NCBI RefSeq assembly: GCF_001194135.2 | Contig: NC_068995.1 | Span: forward strand, 38,782,446 to 38,846,445 | Source: Octopus bimaculoides | Lineage: Eukaryota | Length of the DNA stretch: 64,000 nucleotides | Direction: 5' to 3' | Shown here: positions 24,901-37,110 of the stretch, one piece after another | Layout of the letters: the number at the start of each line of letters is the position of its first letter | How positions within the stretch are numbered: the first letter of the stretch is position 1 | Position numbers and translations under genes: made by a program | The notes under the pieces: model-generated | The model's database searches: none | The model's input: only the letters and a program-made list of their open reading frames with translations | What the model was told of the DNA's origin: nothing

Positions 24901-26775
24901 TGTATTCGGTTTTGTAAAATATTTCCTTATTTGTATATGTTAAATTATGGAGCAGTGTTTTGATGTTAGAAATAATATGGCTAGAGTTACGAGGAAAAAG
25001 AAGGCTTCTGATGACTTTAAACTTCTCGTTCCTGCTTTATGTTGTTTATTTAGGTATTTGTATTCAGTTGTGGATCGACCTTTTGATAGAGGGTCATTTT
25101 TTTAAATACTAAGCAATAGCTATCTATTTTTGATGTCAATTGACGAGTATAAGCATTTCTGAAACGGGTTGCAGAATTCAAGATAGGACAAGAGCCTAAC
25201 TTTCGGCTAGTTGAATAGATAGTCTTAAAAAAAGAAAAAGAATTTAATATAGAAAAATAATTCAACTTTTGAATAATAGAATCGATAGCTTGGCTACTTC
25301 ACTTGAGCTTTAATGACGTGATAAATTTGCCGCAGTGTGGTATTGCACAAGATAATTCTTTTCTTCTTCGTCATTATTCCATTTACAAATCCTCACTGAA
25401 ATTTCTAATGCGTCATAACGTCGAACTTTCTACATGTGAAATGAAAAATGTAAGCGAAAATTTGTATATGTGAATTGATATTAATCATTATTATCTTTTT
25501 CAGGCTGGCACCTAGTAACAGTATCAGTAATGTAGTGAACAAAAATGCATTTGTGATACTAAGTTATGTTTTCTTACATTCTTAGTTCTATCCATTTAGC
25601 ATTCATTAAATCGAGAACCAACTATGGTTTTCCTAAATGTGTGGTATCATGTATGTAATATCCAGTAGTATACTATTGAACACCATTTTAATTTCAGCAG
25701 TTGCATGTCTATTTATTTCCACTTCTTACTAAAAGCAACCAGCTATGGCATGAAATATAACTTAAATGGTTTAAATGCAGAAGTACACATTCATTAATGA
25801 TGTCAGGAATAAAGAACAGCATACCTATCAACGGTAAAACATGATACAAACACTTTTGATGATATGTAGGTGTACTTACAGCCGACTTGTGTGTAAACAA
25901 CTCAAGCATCAAGAAAACTGCTGTAGGAGTCTCTCAGTATGTATATTTCTAGATAATTGAAATCAAAGGTTGAATTTGAATATTTATCGGCCTGAAAAAA
26001 TATAACGCTGAAACCGAATTTATGTCAGAAATATTTCAAAGTGTAGACTGAACATAGGAAACCTCTCAACTCTACGCCACTTAAATATTATAGCAATTTA
26101 TTTCGTAAAAGTTTAGCTAAAGAGAGAATACGAAGAATTAATGAAATAATATATAGTTTTCGTAATATATTCACATAAACATATAACATATGAAAATTTT
26201 AAAAAAATTATGGATACATTACATTAGCTATACTTTGAGTATAGGCATTTTATAGAAAAAGGAAAGTAAATTTTGTGACCTTTCTCGAAAGTTTTAGGAA
26301 GGCACATTCAGAATGGATATATTTATAGATATACAAAAATCTACTCTTCAAGAGATAACCAGGCATTAAAGAATAGCAACGATACTAGTAATTCAATAGG
26401 TGTGAATGGCTTCCCATCACCGTTAATAGATATGGAAGTGAGAGTATTTCAACTTCATTAGTAAGTAAAATTTTCTCTGACAAGAAACAACGGGTAACGA
26501 AGACGTTTCTATCGTCTCAGGGCATTAAAAGTATTACTTTGATGAGCAGAGAGGAAGAGTTGCTCACGAAGTTAACCACAACATGATTTCAACGAAATCA
26601 AAAATGGTTTATCGTTTTATAGCAATGAGAACAATATGCAGTACAAATAATTGGTTGCTAAATATGATGGTAGCCAATCTTTCTTTCCTCATTACATTCT
26701 TCCTTTCATTCTTTCTTTCTTCATTCTTTCTCTTGTTATCACTCGCTTTTTACCTGTGTGTGTGTGTGTGTGTAC

Positions 26776-26814
<39 letters not shown>

Positions 26815-26844
26815 TGTGTGCGTGCATATAATTTTCTTTAATTC

Positions 26845-26990
26845 TGTAACTGGTTTCAGTCATTTGCGGCCATTCTAGAGTACCACCTTCAGAAGTTTTA
26901 GTCGGACAACTTGACCTCAGGACTTATCCTTTCTAAACATTTCATTTATTCAATCGATTCTGTTGACGAACCACTAAGTTACGAGGAATA
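26845..26990. mobile_element. SINE-type interspersed repeat fragment
   Basis: TTTCAGTCATTTGCGGCCATTCTAGAGTACCACC... shares similarity with 9000-9075. Confidence 0.6.
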
Positions 26991-27646
26991 TTTAAATAGC
27001 CAAAAATACAAATAAGAATTTTGAATGTTATTTCAAGTAGGTAGACATACTTAGTATGTCGTTGATTAATTTTNNNNNNNNNNNNNNNNNNNNNNNNNNN
27101 NNNNNNNNNNNNNNNNNNNNNNNNNNNNNNNNNNNNNNNNNNNNNNNNNNNNNNNNNNNNNNNNNNNNNNNNNNNNNNNNNNNNNNNNNNNNNNNNNNNN
27201 NNNNNNNNNNNNNNNNNNNNNNNNNNNNNNNNNNNNNNNNNNNNNNNNNNNNNNNNNNNNNNNNNNNNNNNNNNNNNNNNNNNNNNNNNNNNNNNNNNNN
27301 NNNNNNNNNNNNNNNNNNNNNNNNNNNNNNNNNNNNNNNNNNNNNNNNNNNNNNNNNNNNNNNNNNNNNNNNNNNNNNNNNNNNNNNNNNNNNNNNNNNN
27401 NNNNNNNNNNNNNNNNNNNNNNNNNNNNNNNNNNNNNNNNNNNNNNNNNNNNNNNNNNNNNNNNNNNNNNNNNNNNNNNNNNNNNNNNNNNNNNNNNNNN
27501 NNNNNNNNNNNNNNNNNNNNNNNNNNNNNNNNNNNNNNNNNNNNNNNNNNNNNNNNNNNNNNNNNNNNNNNNNNNNNNNNNNNNNNNNNNNNNNNNNNNN
27601 NNNNNNNNNNNNNNNNNNNNNNNNNNNNNNNNNNNNNNNNNNNNNN

Positions 27647-27678
<32 letters not shown>

Positions 27679-28129
27679 AGATGGAGAGAGAAAGATAGAT
27701 ACATTCATACATAAATAGATAGATCCATAAATACATACTCATACTTCTTGGGCAAGATTGTGAAAGAGCAATAATATTTAAGTATCCAACTATTCCAAAG
27801 ATAAAAATGCCATAAAAATCGTCATCGGAATAAACCTTCCATTCATTGCTTTATCCTGTGAAGCATACATCCCAGATACATCATAAATTTTGTGGAAGGC
27901 ATTGCATGTATATCGTTTTTCCTGTAATTGGTACGAGAAAATATCTCTATTGTGCTTAATAATCAACAATTGCAAGAGAAAACAGCAATAAAATGAGTCA
28001 CTTCCATTTTGGAGATAATAATAATTGTGTATACTTTAGGCTCAAGGTTTCAAATTTTGAGGAATGAGGGTAGTCAATTTCCTTGCCCTCCAGTAATTTT
28101 CTGGCGCTTATTGTATCAACCCTGAAAAG

Positions 28130-28640
28130 ACTGGAGCAAAATTTGAACTCAGCGCAATTTGAACTCACAAAAAAAATCATTGACAATATAGTACTAAGCA
28201 TTCTACCCGGCGTGCTAAACTTTCTTTTCTACTCAAGGCACGAGGCTCGAAATTTTGCGGTGAGCAGCCAGTCGATTAGATCGACCCCGCTACGCAACTG
28301 GTACTTAATTTATCGATCCCGAAACGACGAATGGCAATGTCTACCACGGCGGAATAATAATGATGCAATATGGAGGTGGAACTTATATTAAATATTATTG
28401 ATATCAGTGTAAAAAATGTCTTTACAATGTGTTTCTAATATACTTCCTTAGGAAAACATGATGTATTGATTTTAAATATTGACAAAAGGACAGCAACTCT
28501 GCAGAGTTGGTACGCCGGATACATCTACCACGGGGCACAACTTGTATTTCTTTGTCAACACAGAATTGAAAAAAGGTAAAGTTGACTGCGCAATTTGAAC
28601 TCAGAACGTAAATCTGGTGACACGACGCTACACATATTAT
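28130..28640 (-). mobile_element. Two to three adjacent SINE fragments
   Basis: Repeated core motifs TTTGAACTCAG, CCCGGCGTGCTAA and CAACTGGTACTTAATTTATCGA. Confidence 0.75.
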
Positions 28641-28679
28641 TCTACTCATCAAGGTAAAAAGTAAAGTTCAACTCTACCT

Positions 28680-31430
28680 CCGGGCCACCACACGCGCCGT
28701 ACAGTTCAGAAAAGTGCCACTGAAATTCTGCACAAATCTACGTCGACTCGTGTAGCATGCATTCGTCCCGACCACACAAACACCGAATTGTAGTTTTAGT
28801 ACCACTTTGAGCCTCAGCCACCCTGGTCCATCGAACGGCTTTCGTTCCCTTCTGCTTTAGAGCCCGCACCCTAGCTCGAACAATGCAACCTTCATGCTTG
28901 GTGTTGAAGAAGTAGTTCAGAATCAATATCACTGCCAGCACGTCGGTCGCTATGCCACTACTGAGTGCCTCTACTAATTTCATAACGAGGTCTCCCTCTA
29001 CTTACTCTTCTCTATCACTAGTTCTATGCTCAATTCTACAGCTTCTACTCTAATCGTCCGTTTTAGGGCCTCACACACCATCCGTTTGTTCACGAGTACA
29101 CCCGTCAACTTCCGATGGACTAACTTGCTAAGCCGATCTCTGAATTCTTGACATGCCGTGAAGAACGCGTTCAGCTTCAAGTATCCGGGTCCCTGCCTAT
29201 GGAGCCTGTCTCGATCAACGTATGAATTTCAATTTTATAGCCTGTGTAATTGGCAAATTCAAATTGTGGACAACCTATGTATTTCCTATCTGCTAGCCTA
29301 CAAAATACCCTATGTAGATAATATCTGGATGACCCGACACTGTTTATCCATGTCCACACAGGGGTATTCGTTAAAGCCAGTCTGAAACTGTCGACTGAGC
29401 AGGTTTGCGAGGCTTACGTAGCCCCATTTCCTATACGCTAACCCCTCCCAATACACACGTGCATCCAAAATGGCGTTCCAATCGCCACTAACACTAAAGA
29501 GCGTGACGTCCCTAGAAAGGCCTGCAGGCGTCTGAAGAACTACGGTTGCCCCGCTCCAAACGGTGCGTAAACTGTGACAAGTCTACAAACACATCCTTTA
29601 TTATCGTTCACATCTAGGACCACCGATTTATCTTCCGGCACCAGGAAGATCCTGGCCTTTTTTTGAACAACACTGCCAGCCCCCAATTCTGGTCAACTAA
29701 GAGATGCGAAGGTCCCAAAGTTAGCGAAAATAACAGCGAAGCCTGTGTGTCAGCGATCATGGTCTCACTGAGGGCTATTACATCCTGACTTAGCCACATG
29801 AGGTCGTTGCGGAAGTATCTTTGCTTTTGCGACGACCCCAAGCCATGTACATTTATACAACATACCTTAAACACGTCATGCTGATCAGGAAGTAATAAAA
29901 GGAAAATAGTGAGTGACATTTAACCTCCTGGTGCTGTTTGTGATCGAGTGGTTCTGCAACCATGTCTGTTTTGTTGGGTTCCTCCAAACTTCTTTAACAG
30001 TCATCTGCTGGACGTTACATTGGGACATCATACAGATAGCTCCGCTTAATGCTCGTACAAGTCTCTAATGTCATTTGCATCATCATTAGGCTCTCTGGTA
30101 CACTAAAATTGTTAGGGCTGCAGATCATCCCCTCTGTTTCAATGTTCTCGTTTTGCACTATGAGAGCCGTCAAATTTTCATAGGCTCTCATCACTAGCCC
30201 GAAATACTGCTGCTGCGCAGTGGCTGTAGTTACCATGGTGACATTATTGTTTCTAAAGTTTGTTGTGTTTTTGATTCTTTTGTAGGTGTTTGTGATGGTG
30301 TTGATAATTGTGGTGCTTGTATTGTAGGTATTGTCCTCAGCGTGTCTGTGATTGCCGTTTCTTGGATTTCTCCCTTTTTCTGTGTCACTTTCTGGGTTCT
30401 TTCTACCTTTTGGCCGTCCCCATTATCATCACTTGGATGCGTGGAGGAGTCTGTGTCTTGTATGTTTTCTTGTCGTTTTCTATGTTCTTATTTTCTTGTT
30501 GTTGTTGTTGCTGCTAGTGTAGCTTCCGTCACTGATGCTGACTTTCCTCCCACTGCCATCTTCATTGTAACAACTGCCTCAATCTAGTTTAGTTCAATTT
30601 CTGTTTCTATCCCCATGCCCTTCTGTTGCTGTTGTTGTTGTTGTTCTTGTTATTTTTGTCGACGTATGGGTTCATTTGGACATTTCATTCTGCCTTCCTG
30701 GTCTGGTTCTGTGGACAGAAAACCATAAGTGTCTCGTTAAACCACAATCATGTAACTGCAGCCATCCGCTCTCCATGTTCATCTTTAGTTCTACTCTATT
30801 CGAGAGGGAAATCAGGTGTGGAACTTCTCTAACTGCTCTGGCTTCACGTGGAGAAGAACCTTCAAGTTAGTCCCAACTCAGTTCTACCTCCTGGATCTTT
30901 TAACATGCAGGAGATTCTCCCCTCCGTCTGAACAAATATAGGCAAGAATCCACCATAAATCCGAACCTAGTGGGACTCCAGGTACCGTAATTCGTACCGC
31001 CCTTCTTCCCATATACGTTAGAAAGACGGAGATTTCCTCGGTGCGTTGCGTGTTTACCGAGCTCTGTATCGCCTGTCCCTCTACTCCGCCGCACTGCCTC
31101 GCTCTCGTAATGTGGTAGATATCGTGACATATGTCTTTCAGGGCATTTTCAACATGGTCGCGTTCAGCATTTTCGAGTTACCTTCTCCTTGTGCTCACGC
31201 ACATGTAGACAACTGTATGTTTGGCTGTTGCTTCAAGCGCGTCGCTTGGGTATGTCAACTCCGCCCTCCCATTCATTTTCGTATATTTTGCTGCCTTGTT
31301 TAGTTTTCCTATTTTGTTCTCCAATAAGATGTTAAACATTTCCCTCGCTGCCGTCATATTTGCAAAAGTCTCTATTCCGCCGCTAGCTCCATTTTTGTTA
31401 GATTCTTCGCAGCAGTTGATTTCAATGTTG
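28680..31430 (-). mobile_element. Tx1/L1-clade retrotransposon: ORF1 (gag-like) and ORF2 APE endonuclease; RT missing
   Basis: KVCCINVHGLGSSQKQ..DVIALSET (APE N-terminus), RLVTVYAP, WTWINSVGSSRYYLHRVF, KLNAFFTACQEFRDRL. ORF1 has a decayed knuckle LQLHDCGLTRHLWFSV near 30720-30770. Confidence 0.85.
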
Positions 31431-31537
31431 TTCTTCGTGTTACTATAATTTCTATATAGTGAGGAAGAATCGATTCATTTCTTCCTCTCACCCTTTTTCT
31501 GCTTTTCATTTTCTTTCTTCTTTCTATTAACTGTTCA

Positions 31538-31612
31538 CTTCTTCTTCTCCTTCTTCTTCTTCTTCTTCTTCTTCTTCTTCTTCTTCTGCTTCTTCTTCGT
31601 CTTCTTCTTCTT

Positions 31613-31663
<51 letters not shown>

Positions 31664-31664
31664 T
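31538..31664. repeat. (CTT)n followed by (CTA)n microsatellite
   Basis: Directly visible in the sequence. Confidence 0.97.
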
Positions 31665-32002
31665 TCTTCTTTTCTTCCTGCTGTCTACTACTAATCATGT
31701 TGGGGAGGGCGGTAAAGTCTTCCTGCAAATTACCGTGCCATCTTCCATCCTCATTCCCGCTTTTCGTTACCATCTTCAATGCTTACTTTCTTCGAAGTAA
31801 AATTTCGAAAAACTTTGAAAACAAAATGGTTTGTTTTACCCACAAAATGGGAATTTGGTTAACGAACGTCAGACTCCACCCTGCAGAAGGGCAGATGGCT
31901 TGCTAAATGATTTAAACCACAAAATACAGTATAGGATCTTGTAAATAAATGAATTAGTCATAAACTTACAGCGTTCCAGAAACATACCTCTAGCACTGGC
32001 GA

Positions 32003-32019
32003 TGATTATAATAATAATG

Positions 32020-32071
<52 letters not shown>

Positions 32072-32150
32072 CAACAACAACGACGACGACAACAACCACA
32101 ACGACGACGACAACAACAACAACAACAACAACACTTACGATAATAATAAT
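32003..32150. repeat. (TAA)n followed by (CAA/CGA)n microsatellite
   Basis: Directly visible in the sequence. Confidence 0.97.
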
Positions 32151-32229
32151 TTTCTGCTACAACAACAATTGCTGCCTTAATCAAATTCTTTGTTTCTGTG
32201 ATGTTATTTTTTTTGTTCTGCGGTATTTC

Positions 32230-33672
32230 AGAATTTCACTTTAGAACAAAAAGCATCACAGAAACCAACAAATTGAGCAATGCACCAAGTATTGTTGTAG
32301 TAGAAAATTATTATTACGATGTCAAGAAAAAGAAATATAATTGGAGTGACAAAAGAAAAGATCCATTGTGGAAAAGAAGAATACAGGCAGGGATAGAAAT
32401 GCTCTCGAAAGACATTTCTGTGTTAGACCGAAAAGAGAAGGAGGGTGGTTTAAAAGCGAACAAAAATACAGGGCACAGAACAAGATGTATCATGTTGAAA
32501 GAAAGGGCGTGAAACTGGTAATGAAGGAACTGAAACAGCACCTCGTTGCAAAGAAAGCAAAGATGTTAACGTACAACCAAAGAATGAAGGGATACCTACG
32601 GAAGAGGCTATTCAGAGTAGACCAGAAGGGGTGTTTACAAAGAAATAAATGGACAGTATACAGATGACAAATAGATAACGGATAACATTGAAAGTCAAAG
32701 GTTTTAGAGTGATATCGGGAGCAAAGACAAAGAGCAGAAGATGGATGCTGAATGGTTGCAAGAACTGAAATAAGCGGTAATCTGTTCAAAACAGGCAGAA
32801 CTAGTAATTTCAGTTAGGGAAGTGAAGGAAATCAACAAACAAACGAGCAACTTGGAGTCCCGGAACCAGATGGAGTTCAAGGCTACTGGACCAAAAGATG
32901 GGGTGAAAGACATGCATGAATAGCTCCACAACGCAACACCTTGTTAAATGCCGACCAAGTAACACCAAAGTAGTTGACAATTGGTAGGCGTTGTACTTGA
33001 AATATATGGAAAAGTTCAATACGGTAGACAATTACAGGCCGAAATCCTGCTTGCCTATTAGGTGGACATTATTGGCTGGAATACTCGCAGAGTCAATGTA
33101 CGGACATCTGCCACATGAGCTGATGGGTTGCAAGCCTAAGTGTAGAAGTACCAAGGATCAACTCTTGGTAGACAAACTGTACTTAGAGACTGCAAGAGTA
33201 GGAAAACTAATTTAGACATGCCATGGATCGATTATCGTAAGACGTACGATGTGATCCCACATTCTTGGAATATGGAATGTATGAACGTATTCGGTATTGC
33301 ATCGAATGTTGAGCGATTGCCTGGAAAAAGGATGGCGACATGAAGGAAGGGCCTAACAGCATATGGAAGAAGTTTAGGGACAATAGAAATCAGGAGAGCA
33401 TCATCCAAGTGTATTTCCAGTCTCCACTGATCTTTGTACTGCGCATGATACCACTGACATCAATTCTTGGAAAAGCAAACGCTAGGTACGTTCTCAAAAA
33501 CCGCCAGCCATAAAAATCAGCCACTTGTTATTCATGGATGACTCCAAACTGTATGGCAAAGATGAATCCCAGATTAGTTCCTTCGTAGATACGGTGCATA
33601 TTTTCTTTACTGGTATCAGAATGGAGTTTAGACTGACAAAGTGTTCTGCATTAGTCTTCAATAGAGGCACAA
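32230..33672 (+). mobile_element. R4/Dong-clade retrotransposon relic (linker and RT)
   Basis: KDPLWKRRIQAGIEMLSKDIS, KELKQHLVAKKAK, NYRPKSCLP..WTLLAGI, STKDQLLVDK, LLFMDDSKLYGK. Confidence 0.9.
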
Positions 33673-33678
33673 TCTCTT

Positions 33679-33725
<47 letters not shown>

Positions 33726-33745
33726 TTCTCTCGTATTTGCGCTCT
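33672..33745. repeat. (TC)n microsatellite at the truncation point of the R4/Dong copy
   Basis: Directly visible in the sequence. Confidence 0.95.
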
Positions 33746-33799
33746 ATACTTAGCCAACACCTCGTTCTGAAATATATATATATATTGAGTTCTACACCG

Positions 33800-33990
33800 G
33801 ATTATTAGTTAATATCTAAGCCACATATTAAAGTACAAACAAATCTCATCAGGAAGGGTTCTAACAACTTCATTTTTCCCTCTTAATCCCTTCTGTCGAA
33901 GCGCGTCATTGTTCCCGATCGTTAATACACGTGGTTGGTGTTCCTACACCCGCCTTCGTCTTTCATTTTCTTGAAATTTGAACTCTATGT
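33800..33990 (+). mobile_element. Penelope-like terminal fragment related to 10750-11030
   Basis: Shares CTGTCGAAG...TTCCCGATCGTTAA...CTTCGTCTTT with 10908-11010, with an internal deletion. Confidence 0.5.
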
Positions 33991-34611
33991 ATGCATGTAT
34001 GTATGTATGTATGTATGTATGTAATTATGTATGTTTGTATATATATATATATGTGTGTGTGTGTGTGCGTGCGTGTTTGTGTAGGTGTATGTAGTTATGT
34101 ATGTATGTATATACAAATATATTCAGAAAGATAAGAGAGAGAGGGAGAGAGGGGAGAGATAGATCCATGGTAATTAAGTTATTAAGTTATTAAACCCGAA
34201 ACCCTTACTATACTGACATGGATCCAGTTGTAACCCATTTGTTTGTACGTATGTAATCAGTTGAAATTATTTTTGAAACAATATGATATAATTTCAAGCA
34301 GAAAAATGAAGTAGATCATAATTCAAATATGCCAAACCGCTCCTTCTTTCGCATAAATATCATGAATTCCATAATTTCGTAAATAAGATAAATTAAATTC
34401 AATTTATTAAAATATTTATAAGTTACAAATATTTCAGTACAACTTTCAACCAAATAATCCTGAGTATTTTGTGAAAATAACCGTCTTATATTGGATTGAA
34501 ATTCTGTCTTAAATTAACTTTGATATGTTTAAATTTGTATCAACTCTTCCTTTAACGTAATGTGCTTTACACACAGACACACACAGATACACACACGCAT
34601 ACACACACACA

Positions 34612-34665
<54 letters not shown>

Positions 34666-34671
34666 TATATA

Positions 34672-36186
34672 TAATATCTCACGGAAGTATGTACGCTCGT
34701 AAAAGATTTCAGTAAAATTGCCATTACTCTGATAATGTAGAAGGAAATGAAACGAAGTTTAAGCTGAATAAAATATATTATGCATGCTAACATTATACAA
34801 ATTTGGAACATAATGCAATAAACATTTCCAAGGCTATGAACGACATATTAATTTCCAAATGTTACAAAAATGTGTACAGCCTAAAGGAAATTTGCTATAT
34901 TCAATATTTTATCCACTTCTTTTACTAAGTTTAGATATTGCTGATAATTCCATTTCTGATAAATTATTTCTGAATTTTTTCTACTGGTCATTGTTATTTC
35001 ATCTGCAAGAATTCTGATTTGTGTACCGTAGTGAAAATCTTCATTGTAATTAAAGTGGCACCAAAAGGAAACGAATTGTCTAAAGATGTGAAGAAAATCA
35101 TTTTTAATTTACGCAAGAATAGTGTAGGATACAAGTTAGTAAGGAAACGAATACATATTAGTGTAAACATAGTTGCCAAAGTAATTCAGAAGTACAAAGC
35201 TACTGGACAGCTAAACAACAAACATTGTTCAAATCGTCCTTCTATTTTAACTGCACGTGATATTAGCTACATCCAAGAAGTGTCTTCTGTTAGCGGAATG
35301 AGTGTATCATCCCAAACAGTCCGCCAAACTTTGAACCAGTGTGGTCTTCCTGGACGCATTCCTCGTAGGAACACTCTCCTCACTATCAGACATAGTCGTC
35401 TTTCTTTATAAGAAACTTATGTGAGTAAAGGGAATGAATTTCGGAATAAAATTTTAATCGAGTATGGCGACGATCATGTGAAGATAATTGCGACAAATGC
35501 AGCGTGCCTACCGTGAAAGACGGCGCTGAAAGTGCTGTGCTTTAGAGATGCATGAGTGCGGCTGGTAAGAGAGGACTCACGTTTATTGATAGGACAATGT
35601 ATTCAAGGCTTTATTGTGATATTATGCAGAAGAAAATGTTGAAAAGCATCAAGGAACTAGGAAGACATTCCATGTTAAAATATGATAATGATTCTAAACA
35701 CACTTCAAGGATGACAACTGGTGTTTTATCAGATTAAAGGTTAATGGTATTGCCCTAGTCTTTCATGTCACCTGATTTAAACCTAATAGAATAAAACAAA
35801 TGTGGTGTGCTTGAAAAGGAAGGTTAAGAAGAAGAAACCCACGATGCAACCCAGTTGAAAGACATCATTCAGAATGAATGGAGGTCGATTTCATCTGTTA
35901 TATGCAGAAATTTAGTCGACTTTATGTCCAGATGACTTATTGAAAGCAAAGGCGATCACACCAAATATTGTGCAAATAAACTTTTAAGGTGTACATATAT
36001 TTGTATCGTTGTAAAATTAATATTCCGTTCATATCTTTGAAAATCTTTATTGTTTTGTTTTCCAAATTTGCACGATGTCTACCCGTATAGTCTATTTTAT
36101 TCTCTATAAATTTCGTTTGATATTACCAGAGAAATGGCAATTTTACTGAAAATTCTAAGCGGTGTACATACTTCTGTGAGATATTG
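34672..36186 (+). mobile_element. Full-length decayed Tc1 transposon
   Basis: Imperfect TIRs of about 70 bp (AATATCTCACGGAAGTATGTAC... and ...GTACATACTTCTGTGAGATATTG) with TA on both sides. Transposase: APKGNELSKDVKK..SSQTVRQTL..RRNTLL; MSAAG..KYDNDSKHTS; SPDLNLIE. Confidence 0.93.
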
Positions 36187-36779
36187 TATATNNNNNNNNN
36201 NNNNNNNNNNNNNNNNNNNNNNNNNNNNNNNNNNNNNNNNNNNNNNNNNNNNNNNNNNNNNNNNNNNNNNNNNNNNNNNNNNNNNNNNNNNNNNNNNNNN
36301 NNNNNNNNNNNNNNNNNNNNNNNNNNNNNNNNNNNNNNNNNNNNNNNNNNNNATATATAGCATGTTCGGGTTAAATTTCACCTTTTTATTCTGCTTTTCT
36401 TTTCAGAAACAGCTTCATGTATTTGTGGACAGGGAACGGCTACGAAGAGGACAAAAAATATAAGTTGATATGAAAAACAGTTAGTTGACATTGAGAATTG
36501 GAAGCCATCTGAAGATTCAAAAAAAAAAAAAGAAGAAAACTTTATTGTATGATGATGATTCGTGCCGAGCGTCCAAGTACCTTCATAATAATCATTGATC
36601 AATGCTCTATGAACATTGTAGGGGCTGTAAAATATGACATGGACAAATGAAACGGAGACTAAAAATCCGTGGGCAGTGCCCTCTCACACAAGCGTTGGCG
36701 TTCTTATTGTGGAATTCATTTCTAAAGAATTGTAACGTCAAGTGTATAAATTCTCCTGTTGTTCTGTTCTATAGGCTAC

Positions 36780-37110
36780 AGTATTCGTGTGCGTGATCTT
36801 CTACAAATTACGTTTTATCCAGTCATTATGAATTTAGACGACTATGTCGATCTTCTGGAGACTGTAGTCAATGCCAGACTGGAGGAGTGTGCGACTGGAA
36901 GTCCATGTGTATTTCAGCAGCATCAGACTCAATGCCATACCCCAGAAAGACCCCAGAATGTTTGTCTGAGAATTTCTTCGAATTCACCAGGTGCAATGTC
37001 GAACACTTTAACACACCCGACTGTAATTCGATGCATTACTAAGTGTGGAGCACAGTTAAGAAAGAAATCAACTGTCTTTCCCAGCAACACTAAAGCTCTT
37101 CTTGATTATT
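36780..37110 (+). mobile_element. maT/DD37D-like transposase fragment
   Basis: MNLDDYVDLLETVVNARLEECATGSPCVFQQ, then after a frameshift TPDCNSMHY*VWSTVKK (cf. SPDCNPMDYYVWG). Confidence 0.7.

Noticed and set aside
31372-32244. Poly-Ser/Arg, poly-Ile and poly-Thr ORFs
   Set aside because: Translations of trinucleotide microsatellites.
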